64,000 nt of DNA from Patescibacteria group bacterium (GCA_026416845.1 JAOAEL010000003.1:78047-142046); one strand, 5' to 3'. Numbered from the stretch's first letter, positions 48,996 to 60,634 are shown. Numbers and translations: made by a program. Notes: generated by a model not told the origin, from the sequence alone.

Positions 48996-50789
48996 ATGGA
49001 AGAAATTGAAATAATAAAACAAAAAACCGATATTGTTTCTTTAATAGGCGATTATTTGAATCTTAAAAAAGCGGGAAGGAATTATAAAAGTTTGTGCCCC
49101 TTTCATAATGAAAAAACTCCTTCTTTCGTTGTTTCTCCTGAATTGCAAATTTTTAAGTGTTTTGGCTGTGGAGAAAGTGGAGATGTATTTTCTTTTTTAC
49201 AAAAATATGAAGGAATGGATTTTTATGAGGCTTTAGTTTTTTTAGCTAAAAGGTGTGGTGTTAGTTTGAGGGATTATAAAGCTAAAGACAAAAATTTTTT
49301 GTTTGAGATAAATAATTTGGTTGCCAAGTTTTATAACTATATTCTTACAAGACATCCTGTGGGCAAATATGCTCTTAACTATTTAATTAAAGAAAGATGT
49401 TTAAGTATTTCTACAATTCAAGAGTTCAACCTTGGATATTCTCCAGAACAACCAAATTTTTTTAGAAATTTTTTTATCTCTAAGAAAAAACTTAAAATTT
49501 CTGATTTAGAAAGAGCAGGTATTTTGTATGTAAAAGACAATTTATTTTTTGATAGATTCAGAGGGAGAGTTACATTCCCTTTAGCTGATTTTCGTGGTAA
49601 TATTCGTGGTTTTTCAGGCAGAATTCTTCCCAGAGATGCCAACAAGGGATTAGCGAAATATATTAACACTCCTGAGACTGAAATTTATCATAAATCTGAA
49701 CTTTTGTATGGAATACACATCTCAAAAGAACATATAAGAAATCAAAAAAGTGCAATAGTTGTTGAAGGAGAACTAGATATGATCTCTTCTTATCAGGCGG
49801 GTTTAAGGAATGTTGTGGCAATTAAAGGATCTGCTATTACAGAGGATCAATCTAGGATTCTTTCACGTCTTTGTTCAAAAGCAATTTTGGCTCTTGATGC
49901 TGATTTGGCTGGTGATAGTGCTGCAAGAAGAGGTGTAAATTTACTTAAAGAACATGGGTTTGAAGTTTTTGTGGCGCAATTTGATAAGTATAAGGATCCG
50001 GATGAAGCTGCAAGGTTTGAAAAAAAAGTTTTGTTTGAAGGTGTTAATAATGCTGTGTCAGTTTGGGATTTTTTACTTAATTCTATTTTTGCGAAGTACC
50101 AGAGTGATTCTAGTTTTTATACAGAAGAAATAAGCAAACAAATTGTTGCAGTTCTTGTTGATATAGAAGATTTGATTGTTAGATCTCACTATGTCGGCTT
50201 GGTTGCAAAAAAGTTGGGTATTTCTCCTGATGTTATTAATGCTCAGATTGAAAATTATGTTAATTTTGATAGACGAAAGGTTTTGAATTCTCGACAAATG
50301 GCACAGTTAAACGTAATTAAAAACTTGTCAAAAAAAGGTGAAAAAAATTTAATTGAGTTTTGGCAGGAAAGACTTTTTTCTCTTGTTGTTTGTTATGATT
50401 TGAGAGATCTTCTTTGGTTTTATGAAAATGGTGTTTTTACTATTCCTGTTTTAGTAAAAATAATTGAGTTTTATAATAGTCAAGGCAATAAAAACATATC
50501 ATATTCTGATTTAGTTAAGATTTTGCCCCCAGAGTTGGCTGACAAAGCTAAAGATTTGGGCTTAGTGGATGTTCCTGAAAATGAAGAAAAATTGAAAAAA
50601 GAAGCTTATCAGTTGGCTTTAAGGATAAAAAGACATAATTTAAATGTTGAAAAAGAGAATATTTTAAAAGAAATTCGAAAAATTGAGGGCAGTGAAAGTG
50701 TTGAAGGTTCAGATTCAAGGCTTTTGGTTCTTCAAAAAAGATTTAATGAAATTATTGATAAGATTAACAACCTTGCGCTCAAAAAATGA
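48996..50789 (+). CDS. dnaG: DNA primase
   Basis: CPFHNEKTPSF, FKCFGC, DRFRGR, KYINTPET, VVEGELD, DADLAG, KDPDE. Confidence 0.97.
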   Translation: MEEIEIIKQKTDIVSLIGDYLNLKKAGRNYKSLCPFHNEKTPSFVVSPELQIFKCFGCGESGDVFSFLQKYEGMDFYEALVFLAKRCGVSLRDYKAKDKNFLFEINNLVAKFYNYILTRHPVGKYALNYLIKERCLSISTIQEFNLGYSPEQPNFFRNFFISKKKLKISDLERAGILYVKDNLFFDRFRGRVTFPLADFRGNIRGFSGRILPRDANKGLAKYINTPETEIYHKSELLYGIHISKEHIRNQKSAIVVEGELDMISSYQAGLRNVVAIKGSAITEDQSRILSRLCSKAILALDADLAGDSAARRGVNLLKEHGFEVFVAQFDKYKDPDEAARFEKKVLFEGVNNAVSVWDFLLNSIFAKYQSDSSFYTEEISKQIVAVLVDIEDLIVRSHYVGLVAKKLGISPDVINAQIENYVNFDRRKVLNSRQMAQLNVIKNLSKKGEKNLIEFWQERLFSLVVCYDLRDLLWFYENGVFTIPVLVKIIEFYNSQGNKNISYSDLVKILPPELADKAKDLGLVDVPENEEKLKKEAYQLALRIKRHNLNVEKENILKEIRKIEGSESVEGSDSRLLVLQKRFNEIIDKINNLALKK

Positions 50790-50835
50790 AATTGTATAAT
50801 TGACCGTAGATGTCTGATTTTGGTTGTATTTTTTT

Positions 50836-51912
50836 ATGAAAAAAAATGTGACGCTTCTTATTAAAAAGGCCAGAGAACAAGGTTTTTTAACCCAAGACGA
50901 AATTTTGGAAGTTTTTCCAAACGCCGAAGAAAACATATCTCAACTTGATGAACTTTACGACAAACTTTTAGGAGAAGGAATTGATGTTTTCGAGTCAGTT
51001 TCTATTGATCAATTTGACACAGATGAAAAAGCAAAAGAAAAATTGGAACGAGAAATAGAAATATTGTCGAAGTTGTCTGGGGTTGAATCAACTGATCCTG
51101 TTAGACAATATCTTAGAGAAATCGGCAAAGTACCTCTTTTAGATGCTGAAGAAGAAGTAGAATTAGCAAAAAAATTTGAAAAGAAAGACATGAAAGCTAA
51201 AGATAAATTGACGGAGGCGAATCTTAGACTGGTTGTTTCAATTGCTAAAAAATATATTGGGCGTGGTTTATCTTTGTTGGATTTAATACAAGAAGGCAAC
51301 CAGGGTTTGATTCGTGCTGTCGAAAAGTACAATTGGAGAAAAGGTTTTAAGTTTTCAACATACGCAACATGGTGGATAAGACAGGCTATAACTCGTGCAA
51401 TAGCAGATCAAGCAAGAACTATTCGCATCCCTGTTCATATGGTGGAAACAATAAACAAGCTTTATAGAATAAGTAGGAAGCTGATGCAAGAACTTGGCAG
51501 AGAACCGACTCCAGAAGAAATTGCCGAGCAAGTGGAAATGGAACCTAGCAGAGTGCGAGAAATTTTCAAAATTGCTCAAGAAACTACTTCTCTTGAACAG
51601 CCAGTTGGCGAAGATAATGAAAGTTTTCTTGGTGATTTTATACCTGATGAATCTCAATTGTCACCTGTTGATCAAGCATCTAAGCAACTTTTAAAAGATC
51701 ATTTGGATGAGATTTTAGCTGAACTTAGCGACCGTGAGGCCAAAGTTTTAAGATTGAGGTTTGGTTTGGATGGATCTAAACAAATGACGCTTGAGGAAGT
51801 TGGCAAAGTTTTTGGTGTAACAAGAGAGCGTATAAGACAAATAGAAGCTAAAGCTTTGCGCAAGTTAAAACATCCTTCTAGGAGAAAAAAGCTTCAAGAT
51901 TATTTGGAATGA
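50836..51912 (+). CDS. rpoD: RNA polymerase primary sigma factor
   Basis: [65 protein letters not shown]. Confidence 0.98.
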   Translation: MKKNVTLLIKKAREQGFLTQDEILEVFPNAEENISQLDELYDKLLGEGIDVFESVSIDQFDTDEKAKEKLEREIEILSKLSGVESTDPVRQYLREIGKVPLLDAEEEVELAKKFEKKDMKAKDKLTEANLRLVVSIAKKYIGRGLSLLDLIQEGNQGLIRAVEKYNWRKGFKFSTYATWWIRQAITRAIADQARTIRIPVHMVETINKLYRISRKLMQELGREPTPEEIAEQVEMEPSRVREIFKIAQETTSLEQPVGEDNESFLGDFIPDESQLSPVDQASKQLLKDHLDEILAELSDREAKVLRLRFGLDGSKQMTLEEVGKVFGVTRERIRQIEAKALRKLKHPSRRKKLQDYLE

Positions 51913-52428
51913 TTTTTTGATTTTGTTTGTTTTTAAGATAATCGTGATTGTTTTTTTGAATTTGTGTAAATAAAAAATTTTTAAAGATTGCGTTTTTTGT
52001 GTATTAATTTAGCTTTTTAGTTAAAGTTATGGATTAAAAATTGTAATTTGATTGTTTTGGGAAAACATAACGAACTTGTCAAGAGCAAAGGCAATAAAAA
52101 ATTAATGCAATTTTCCCCAGATATTTTAGAAACTTATGAAAGGCATGGTATTAATGGTCATATTGTTTGGCAGAGGTAATTAAGAAGTGTTTGTTCTGTT
52201 GTGCGATTTAAAATTTTGTTTAATTTTTTTTAAAAAAACCAACACTTGAAGTTTTTGTTTGATTAGTTTAAATTTTCTTTAAAGGAAAGTTCTGAAAAAA
52301 TTGGGCAAGGAAAATTTTTACTTGCCCTTTTTTGTTTTTGTACCTTGAATATTTGGATTTTTTGCCTTTTAATTAAAATTGCCAAGAAAAAAACGCAATT
52401 TAATTAATAGAAAGGGGGTGGAAAAAGT

Positions 52429-52992
52429 ATGCTTTCTGATTTGGCTAAACAAGTAAGTTCTGCTTTAGTCTCTGCGATTTCTGGAGCAGATGATGTTCTG
52501 ATTGCTTTGAGAACAGCTTTCAAAAACCAAATAACTGGTACGCTGAGAGATGTTGCCGATATTGCAACTAGCAGTCTTGATGCTGTGAGTGATGTTGTTT
52601 CAGGCGCGGTATCTGCCGCCAGTAGCGCTGGCATTTCTTTGGTGGATGCGGCTCGTGATAGTGTTGGCGAAACAGTTGATGCTGTTTCAGAAACAGGAGG
52701 CAATGTCCTGACTGCCGTCTCCAAAGCTGTGAGCGGCGCTGTCAAAGGGGCATCAAGTGTGGGCGGCGATGTTGCCAAAGTTGCTGTCTCTGCCGTTGAA
52801 GGAGCTGTAGAGCACGCCGGCAAAGTTGGAGTAAGCACCACCGAAGCGGCACGCGAAGCGGTTGTCGCTGTTGTAAAAGCCGCCGATGAAGTAGGCGGAG
52901 AAGTTGGCAAGTCCGTGCGTGACGCTTTGCTTTCAGCGGCAAGTTTGCCAAGAGATGTGATAGATTCTGTTCTTAAAGGAAGCGGCAAATAA
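52429..52992 (+). CDS. Ala/Val/Ser/Gly-rich protein of 22-residue amphipathic helical repeats
   Basis: Strong SD (AAGGGGGTG) upstream, terminator-like hairpin downstream, five tandem 22-aa repeats. Confidence 0.85.
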   Translation: MLSDLAKQVSSALVSAISGADDVLIALRTAFKNQITGTLRDVADIATSSLDAVSDVVSGAVSAASSAGISLVDAARDSVGETVDAVSETGGNVLTAVSKAVSGAVKGASSVGGDVAKVAVSAVEGAVEHAGKVGVSTTEAAREAVVAVVKAADEVGGEVGKSVRDALLSAASLPRDVIDSVLKGSGK

Positions 52993-53002
52993 ATTTGCTT
53001 AT

Positions 53003-53054
53003 AAAAAGGAACTCTTTTTGTGTGTATATAAATTCAAAATTAGAGTTCCTTTTT
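53003..53054. terminator. Putative bidirectional terminator between convergent genes
   Basis: AAAAAGGAACTCT...AGAGTTCCTTTTT 13-bp inverted repeat. Confidence 0.6.
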
Positions 53055-53317
53055 TATTTTTGTGAAAGACTATTTTTCACCTTTTTATTTGTTTTTTTGT
53101 CAATGCAAAGGTTGCATGAATTTTTGTGATTTGCGATTATATATACGGTTGATATACCGATAAGAGCGTAAGTTGGGTTAATTAGCCAAGGCCAATCAGC
53201 CAGAACATTGGCTATAACATTTGTTTTGAAAATACCAAGCATGCCCAAGTTAATTCCTCCGATCCAGAGAAGCACATGCGCGCCAGTGTGAATTTTTTTC
53301 GCTAAAATTTTAAACAT
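53054..53317 (-). CDS. Small two-TM membrane protein, DUF378-like
   Basis: LLWIGGINLGMLGIF..NVI...YALIGISTVY. Confidence 0.75.
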   Translation of the reverse strand: MFKILAKKIHTGAHVLLWIGGINLGMLGIFKTNVIANVLADWPWLINPTYALIGISTVYIIANHKNSCNLCIDKKTNKKVKNSLSQK

Positions 53318-53417
53318 TTTGTCAAATTTGCTTTGCCGTTGGAAATATCGCAAAGATATCTAATATTATATAGACTTAATTGCCTGAATTGATATAATTG
53401 CTTTGTAAATTATTCAA

Positions 53418-53489
53418 TCCCCTGTAGCTCAACGGTAGAGCGGCTCGCTGTTAACGAGAAGGTTCTAGGTTCGAATCCTAGCGGGGGAG
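53418..53489 (+). tRNA. tRNA-Asn(GTT), CCA not encoded
   Basis: Acceptor TCCCCTG/CGGGGGA, D arm GCTC/GAGC, anticodon loop CTGTTAA, T arm CTAGG-TTCGAAT-CCTAG, discriminator G; upstream TATAAT at 53393-53398. Confidence 0.96.
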
Positions 53490-53888
53490 CATTTTTTCTT
53501 CTTTTCAAGATCTATTCTATTAACCAGAACTCAACTCTTTAAAATCTAAAAAACAAGGATTAAAATTAAGGGAGTAGGAAAAATAATGAAATTATCAAAA
53601 GGGAGGGTTGAGTTTTGTGATTTATACAAAACGAAATCCTAGACTCTCCTATTAAATATAGGTCTGGTTTAGAAATAGAGGTAAAAATCATATTTAGGGT
53701 ATTAAGTTATTCTGGTTTTTACTAAAAGAAGGTTAAGGAAGTTTAATGTAATAAAATAAGAGAAGCTCTTATTACATTTAAAAGTCACATTTAAAAGAAT
53801 CACAATTTAGAATTTAGATGGAATAAAAGAAAAACAAATATTTATAAGTTTTTTCTAAAATAATTTAGAAAAAACCTTTTAAAGCGCT

Positions 53889-54365
53889 CTAGACTCTTAG
53901 ATATTTTCTATATTTTCCGAAACAAAGTCGAGGTCCAAAACCAAGAGGATGAAGTTCCTTAATGGAAGTGATAAGAACTTTTTCTTTATCAGAATCAGAA
54001 ATTAAAATTTCAATATCATCTTTTATCAACTCGGCAAATTCCCATATAAGCTGACGACAAATACCACAAGGTCCAGAATGGATTTTTACCTTAAAATATT
54101 CACTTTTGGCAATAATGGCTAATTTTTTTATATGATATTCTCCGTTGGTGACCATCTGACAAATTGCTGATCGTTCTGCGCATATTCCCCCATAAGCGCA
54201 AGTGTTGATGTTAACACCTTTATAAATATTGCCTTTCTTTGTCAATATTACACAGCCAACATAAAATTGAGAATATGGATCATAACCATTAATTAAAACT
54301 TTTTCCGCTTCATTAACCAATTTTCTGTCCTCAGGTTTTAGTTTTGTAAAAGCAACCTTTTTCAT
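53889..54365 (-). CDS. cdd: Cytidine deaminase (homotetrameric type)
   Basis: YDPYSQFYVG, ICAERSAI, PCGICRQ. Confidence 0.88.
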   Translation of the reverse strand: MKKVAFTKLKPEDRKLVNEAEKVLINGYDPYSQFYVGCVILTKKGNIYKGVNINTCAYGGICAERSAICQMVTNGEYHIKKLAIIAKSEYFKVKIHSGPCGICRQLIWEFAELIKDDIEILISDSDKEKVLITSIKELHPLGFGPRLCFGKYRKYLRV

Positions 54366-54376
54366 AATTAAAAAAA

Positions 54377-55777
54377 TCAGAACTCTCTTTTAATTGGACG
54401 CCTTTTTCTTTGGGTTGTTAATGGAAAAGAATCTACAACATTGAAGGTGATATTAATTCCTCCGCTGAACACTGTCTCTAAAAGATGTTTTAAGTGTTGA
54501 AAGGAGTGTTCTCTTCTCTCTGGATCGCTAAAGAATGTTGGTTCTTTCACGGTTATTCTAAATTCGACAGGAGAGGTTTGAGCTAATTCAAATTCCTGAA
54601 TATTTACTCCTATATCAAACATCCATCGATAAGTTATGTCTAACATAGTTCCCGCAGGAACTATTGATCCATCTTGTCTTAAAAAGGCGTCATTTTGTCT
54701 GCCTTCAATTTTATCAATTTGTCTCCAAGTAATATAGCATTCTTTAGGCTCATCTAAAGTAATATAATCACCTTGAATATATTTAATGAAAGGCATAGCA
54801 CGATTTAATAAATTCGTTCCAACTACTAACCCTGTACCTTTCTGAATTGGTAAAAAGCTTTTAGGGTCAACAACGTCAATTCTTACCGTGTCCTCACAAA
54901 TGTGATAATGACCGCAGGGACACTCAAGGGCTATTCGTGTTAACTCTTCAGAGCTGTACTCGTCTAATACAGGAATACCCCCTAATTGATTGCTCATTAT
55001 TCTTCTTTCTTCCTTTGAAGACATTTCCGAATGAGTCACTACTAATTTAATAAGTTCTCTTTTAACACTTTCTCGTAAGTAAGGTACTAAAGATTGAAGA
55101 TTTGAGGGGTATAAAGAAAGAATGTCAGGAGAAACTTCCTCTAAAATTTTTGCAATTTCTTCGGGTTTAATTAAGCTGCTTATGAAAATTGATTGATACT
55201 CACCATTTCCTAAAGAATCTACCCACCAAGGAACGGTGTAAACATGCGCTACTCTCTGGTATTTATTATAAACCCCCCCACTTTGTAGCCAAAACTGACG
55301 AATACCTTGTAAAGTGTCAGCAATAATTGCTTGTGGGTCAACATAAATTCTTAAGGTCTTTCCAGAAGAGCCACTTGATCGAGTTGGAAATAAGTCTTCA
55401 ATCATATAATCAGGATTGACACAAAGATTTGGGAAAGCATCAATTAACTCATCTTTTGTTATTACCGGTAAAAAGTGATAATCTCCCCAATCTTTTAAGT
55501 CTCTTGGTTCAAAGCCTACCTCTTGGTATTTTTTTCTATAGACAGGAATTTTATAATAAGCCAATGTTACTAATTCTCTTATTTTTTCAAATTGTTGTCT
55601 CTCAATTACTTCAGGTGGCAAAAAGGGTTCCTCAAATAACCTCTGTAAAGTTTCAGAATTATAAGAAAGCGCTAAAGCATTTCTAAATTCGAGAGAAGTT
55701 TTATGCATTGAAGGGAGTCTTTCCGTTTCCCAATACTCAACTATTGTCGGAGATTGGGATGATTGCTCTCTGCTCAT
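54377..55777 (-). CDS. Phenylacetate-CoA ligase (PaaK/CapK)-like adenylate-forming enzyme
   Basis: LPVITKDEL, RSSGSSG P-loop, DEYSSEE, TNLLNRAMPFIKYIQGD, IEGRQND. Confidence 0.85.
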   Translation of the reverse strand: MSREQSSQSPTIVEYWETERLPSMHKTSLEFRNALALSYNSETLQRLFEEPFLPPEVIERQQFEKIRELVTLAYYKIPVYRKKYQEVGFEPRDLKDWGDYHFLPVITKDELIDAFPNLCVNPDYMIEDLFPTRSSGSSGKTLRIYVDPQAIIADTLQGIRQFWLQSGGVYNKYQRVAHVYTVPWWVDSLGNGEYQSIFISSLIKPEEIAKILEEVSPDILSLYPSNLQSLVPYLRESVKRELIKLVVTHSEMSSKEERRIMSNQLGGIPVLDEYSSEELTRIALECPCGHYHICEDTVRIDVVDPKSFLPIQKGTGLVVGTNLLNRAMPFIKYIQGDYITLDEPKECYITWRQIDKIEGRQNDAFLRQDGSIVPAGTMLDITYRWMFDIGVNIQEFELAQTSPVEFRITVKEPTFFSDPERREHSFQHLKHLLETVFSGGINITFNVVDSFPLTTQRKRRPIKREF

Positions 55778-55949
55778 TTTATAGATATTATATCAAAAAT
55801 ACGCTATAAAGCAGGGGTGTGTATAAGTCACATACATATGAGACTTTTTAGGTAAAATTTTTAATAATTAAACAATTTAAATAGTAGTGGAATCAAGAGT
55901 AGGGTGAGACATAAAAAGTTCTGATTTTGTTTATTAGGAGGAGCGAGTT

Positions 55950-57300
55950 AAGCGGGTCTCTGATAAAACTCTTGCTATCTACAAAGATTTATCTCTTCAG
56001 CCATCTGTGTTTTCTACTCGGAAAACGGGCTAAACAATATCAACAGATTATCAAGCTAAAAGAATGGCAACGAAACTTCATAGCTTTTGGCGAAAATTGC
56101 TTAGACATATCAAAGACGATACTCGAATAAAATAATCAGACTCTGGAGACAATAATTAGGGTCCATTTACTCAGATTTTGGAGAAACGGCGGAATGGACG
56201 AACATAGCAATGCAGAAGTGGCAAAAAGTAGACCATAGATTTTTAGCTGCTTACTTGCAGATGTATTTTTATATGGGGGAAGCAGTAGAATTTAATGGAG
56301 ATAGTTTCGAGAAACACCATGCTCAAGATGTAGCTTCTGTTTTAGATCTGGAAACAATGTGGATGGTTGCCCATAAAAGCCTAACTCAAGAGGTAGCAGA
56401 AATAGTTGGGGCATATTGTCAAGATACGTCAGAATATCCCGGGCTCAAAATTATCCGTTTCGCCTTTTGACTGTCACCTTAATGGGGCTTTCCACAAAAT
56501 GCGGTGTGTTCCTTTTATCCTGAATCATGAAAGCTTAATTGATAAATTAAAGCTGTACATTGGTGTATAAAGACAACTGTGTTGAGGAATTTTTTTTATT
56601 ATTTCAATCAAGCTCGAAATTTTTATCAACTTATTTCAGTACGACGTTGGGAAATGATGATTCCTCAAATCAAAGAAGAAATTATAGGGTTTTAGCTATA
56701 CAGTTGGGAGGCAAGATTGAAGATATGGTAGCTTTGCTGGCTGGTAAAATAAAGTCCATAACTAGCACTCACTTTGGAGAACCAAAAAACATCAAAGCGC
56801 CAGATTTGAATGAGTCTAAGAAACCAGAACGCTTTTCGTTTTCCAATCATACAAAAAGTGGCAGAAAGATATAGGCAAACAGCAAGGCTATGAAAAAAAG
56901 AAAAACCGCCACAGCTATTATTGTTTACGATTTGAAAACAAAACTGTTCCTAATATAAAGGATTTTTTTTGCAAAATTGATTACAGGTTTAGGAAACAAA
57001 AAATATAGATATTTGATGTAGGTCAGGAATAAAAGGTTATTTGTTTTAAAAGATATGCCTAGGTAAGTTAACAATTAAGTTGTAAAAAAATATGATGGTT
57101 GTAATTTTTTTGAAGGGATAAAATTTTGTTTTTAAAAAAGGACAATGTTTTTACTATTCCCAAGCTAGGAAAATTGAGATTTCTGAGAGATAAAATAGAA
57201 TCAATGCGGAAAAATTTAATCTTCGAATTGAGGAGAAAGAGTTGATATTTATTCTCTTATTGGATGGGGTTAATGCTAAACTTAACAACGTAATTGGAAG
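55950..57300 (+). pseudogene. Degraded coding remnants
   Basis: Short broken ORFs (56210-56470, 56560-56874) separated by stops; no recognisable product. Confidence 0.35.
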
Positions 57301-57362
57301 ATAGGGGAATTTTTAGAATTGGTGCCAAAGTTTAAATGTAGTTTTTTTAAATATTTGATCAA

Positions 57363-58613
57363 CTATCGGAACGAAGTTGGGTACGCGTTACAAGGTTTGG
57401 AAGTTTGTAAAATATTTAAAATTTTATTAGTAACCTCGTTTGTTGAGATATCAATCATACAAAAACCTTTTATTGGTTGAGAGCAAGAATAGTAACAAGG
57501 TGAGCAAGAAAGCTTAGGGCCGATAATTATACTATGCTCATTAGTCAACTCCAGCTCTTTATCTGGCATTGGACCTACAAGTACCACAGTGGGTTTTTTA
57601 AAGGCTTGGGCGACATGAAAACCGAAAGTGTCGGCGGTAACTACAACTTTACAATTATGAATTATTGCCATAAAGTTCCCTATCTCTATGTTATTTGGCA
57701 ACACCGCCAGGTTTTCCATGGTTTTATCTCTTCCAAGATGTTGGATGACCTCATCTCTAGCATCGGAATCTTCAGGGCCACTCAAAACTAATATGCCTAT
57801 TTCGGGGCGCGATTGAGCAACCTCGATTATTAATTCAGAAAATCTGTATGGCGGCCACCGCCTTAAAACCCCTTTCCGGCTGGTACCTATATTCAGACCT
57901 ATAACATCTGCGTAATTCCTGCCGTTAAAAGCATTGTTAATAATTTCAGCGGCTTTTTGATAATTTGAAGGGTTTAATCTAATGTCGTATTCTGGACCAG
58001 AGTATTCCAAGCCAATGCTTTCCAGCAGGATTCTTTGCATGGTTAGTTGGTTAGCCTTCCTGAAAGCGTCGTCTATTTGCAGTTGTTGCAAGTAGTTGGC
58101 ATAAGGGGGAACACCACAAAATTTACCTTGAGCATTTAAAGCAAAACCAGCTATACAAGTATTTGCCTTAACGATTTCCACAACCCGACCTTGGTTATTG
58201 CTAGACTCGAAATTTACCAAAACATCTACCCTTAAAGCTGATTGATCAAACTTTCCCGCTTCTACATCAATTGGAGTTACATTTGGAACGTATTTTAATA
58301 ATTCGGCCCCACGTGTGTGTGTAAACCAATATATTGGGGTATTGGGATTGATTTTCCTGATCCCCTTGGAAATTGCGGTCGTTCTTAAGATACTACCTAG
58401 ACCACCCATTTCTACTATACCAACGCTAGATGCTGTCCTAAGCTCCTCAGGACTATATGGTTTATTGACAATTTGCAGAATTTTTTGACCTTCTTGGTAA
58501 AAAGCGCAATTGGCACAATTAGCCAAACCTTGTTTTTTTTGTTCTGTACAAGGCTTGTAACCTAACCAATTAGCACATTCTGGTTTAAAGATTTCAGATT
58601 GAAAGTAGCTCAT
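57363..58613 (-). CDS. Glycosyltransferase family 9 (heptosyltransferase-like) with Cys clusters
   Basis: GGLGSILRTT, IGLNIG...RRWP, VVTADTFGFHVAQA, CSPCY..C...CM; N-terminal C..WLGYKPC...CANC. Confidence 0.85.
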   Translation of the reverse strand: MSYFQSEIFKPECANWLGYKPCTEQKKQGLANCANCAFYQEGQKILQIVNKPYSPEELRTASSVGIVEMGGLGSILRTTAISKGIRKINPNTPIYWFTHTRGAELLKYVPNVTPIDVEAGKFDQSALRVDVLVNFESSNNQGRVVEIVKANTCIAGFALNAQGKFCGVPPYANYLQQLQIDDAFRKANQLTMQRILLESIGLEYSGPEYDIRLNPSNYQKAAEIINNAFNGRNYADVIGLNIGTSRKGVLRRWPPYRFSELIIEVAQSRPEIGILVLSGPEDSDARDEVIQHLGRDKTMENLAVLPNNIEIGNFMAIIHNCKVVVTADTFGFHVAQAFKKPTVVLVGPMPDKELELTNEHSIIIGPKLSCSPCYYSCSQPIKGFCMIDISTNEVTNKILNILQTSKPCNAYPTSFR

Positions 58614-59202
58614 TTTTGTATTTATTAATTATGTGACTTACAGGAAAAGTAAGTTCTTTTTGCAAAGCTTGGTCTATGCTTAGCCAAACAGGATTTTTGC
58701 CCTCCGCGCATACTTTTATTTCCATATCGTCAATTTCCTCCAAAAGATATAAATACGCGTGCCACCTGTGAGCGTCAGATCCTCTTCTGCATGAGTCCCC
58801 AACAATATTTTCAGTGCTTATTTTGAGCAAATTTTTGGCTTTGATTCCAACTTCTTCTTCAAGCTCCCGCATTGCGGCTTGCAACGGTTCTTCTCCCGAG
58901 TCAACATGTCCGGAAGGAACGGTGTAAGAAAAAGGATATATAGTCCTTTCAAAAAACAAGAAATTTTTTTGTTTGTTTCTCACAAAAACACCCGCGCTTT
59001 CGTGCCAATATTCACCTTTTTCGTCGACCCACCATTTGATAGCCGGATCAATGATTATTGACCTTTCGCTGATTTTGCCACACTCGCGGCACAAATAATA
59101 AGTTTTTCCATCTTTGCAAATTGCCTCAACCTTTTCGGCATGGCAAAGAAGGCAATATTGGTGATATTGTCCATCGTTTTTCCATTGAAATTTAAGTTTC
59201 AT
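58594..59202 (-). CDS. NUDIX hydrolase with an N-terminal Zn-ribbon
   Basis: Nudix box GHVDSGEEPLQAAMRELEEEVGI; CLLC...CREC. Confidence 0.9.
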   Translation of the reverse strand: MKLKFQWKNDGQYHQYCLLCHAEKVEAICKDGKTYYLCRECGKISERSIIIDPAIKWWVDEKGEYWHESAGVFVRNKQKNFLFFERTIYPFSYTVPSGHVDSGEEPLQAAMRELEEEVGIKAKNLLKISTENIVGDSCRRGSDAHRWHAYLYLLEEIDDMEIKVCAEGKNPVWLSIDQALQKELTFPVSHIINKYKNELLSI

Positions 59203-60634
59203 AAAGGTTTATATATTATACACGAAAAAGTCAATTTTTAGCCTAATTTGAAGCCAGATCTGGTTTTTAATAAAGTTAGGAATTTGAAGAAAGAATAAAA
59301 AGTAGATTTGGGTGACAGTGAGAATGGAACGATAGAAATGAATCTTGCAATCGGAATGGAGAATTATTTGACCCAATACATGCAGGATGTAGAGGAATTT
59401 TTGAAAATTGGCAATGAATGGCAAGAACATAGAAACTAAAGATGGCAGAAAAAAAAGAACTTTTTTATTAGTTTTCAGCTTTTGATGTTTGCTTATTGAC
59501 GAAGACATCTTTTATTGAAAAATTGTTTATCGCGTTTCAGACGACAAGTTTGACGTTGTTTGCTTTTGAGTGGTTGTTTTTGTATATTAATTGAGATATT
59601 TTTCTTTCACACACAACGTTGTATATTTAACAAATCTTTATACCCAAAATACAATCTGAAGGAAAAGATTCACATAGTGTAAAAATTAAAAATCTTTTCA
59701 TAATTTTGACTTTTATATGAGGCAGTTTTATTTCTAGGGATTATTGTTCTTAACTCTGTCTTTCGTTCAGCAGTTTGTTAGCAAAAGTTCAATTTTTTAA
59801 TTCCAAGATTTGGATGAATATAGAGTAAAAGACTATTTGCCGAAATACTTTATATTAACAATCTATAATAAAAGTTAAACATTCAAAGGAATATATATTT
59901 TTGATGATTTTTAAAAATAGCTTATAAAGCAGGACACATTGGTGGTATTTTATAAATAGGATTTAGTGAAATTTAAAATGCTAAAATTATTCAATTAAGT
60001 TATAAAAAACTGATTATTTGATCTTTTGCATAGATTTGAGATAAATTTGTGTTTAGTTTATAAGATTAGAAAGTTGAGAAAGTGTGTCATTTCATATTCC
60101 AGCTCATTGATTAAACCCGTCAACTTTATAGTTTTAATAGTAAGTCCAGTTTTTTATTTTTTTGCTTAACTTAAACTTTGCAATTTCTTCAGTCTTTGAT
60201 TGATACTTCGCTACTGATTTTTTTCAATTTTTTTCAATGGTTTGCGGTTTGGGATCTTTTTCATTTTTTTTGAATTTTATTACTTAAATAATTTTGTTAA
60301 TCTTTTTGCTTAAATTTGTTTTGAAGTTTTTTGGTTATCAGCACTTGATTAGGTGGGCGTATTGTGATTTTGTATGGTGGTTTGTAAGATTATTTCACAT
60401 TTTCCCTCAAGGTTTAATTGTTCATCTTGTGATAAATTTATTGTACATTAGTATAAATATCAGCTCTTTCGTAAATTTTCGAGAATGAAAAATGCGCTTG
60501 ATAGTTTAAGTAAACAAAGCTAAACAGGTAATTTCAAAAACAGATCTCTTTTAGCTAATATATGGAAGATATAAAAAAACTAGATATTTTAAAATTGACA
60601 AACAATGTATTTGTTAGTTCAAAAATGTAAATGT

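Noticed and set aside
52404-52988. 194-aa antisense ORF over the repeat protein
   Set aside because: It is a mirror of GCN/GTN-rich codons; the SD and terminator support the + strand gene.
59209-60488. ORFs 59209-59508 and 60294-60488
   Set aside because: Low-complexity F/L/I-rich translations of skewed, decayed DNA with no coding support.
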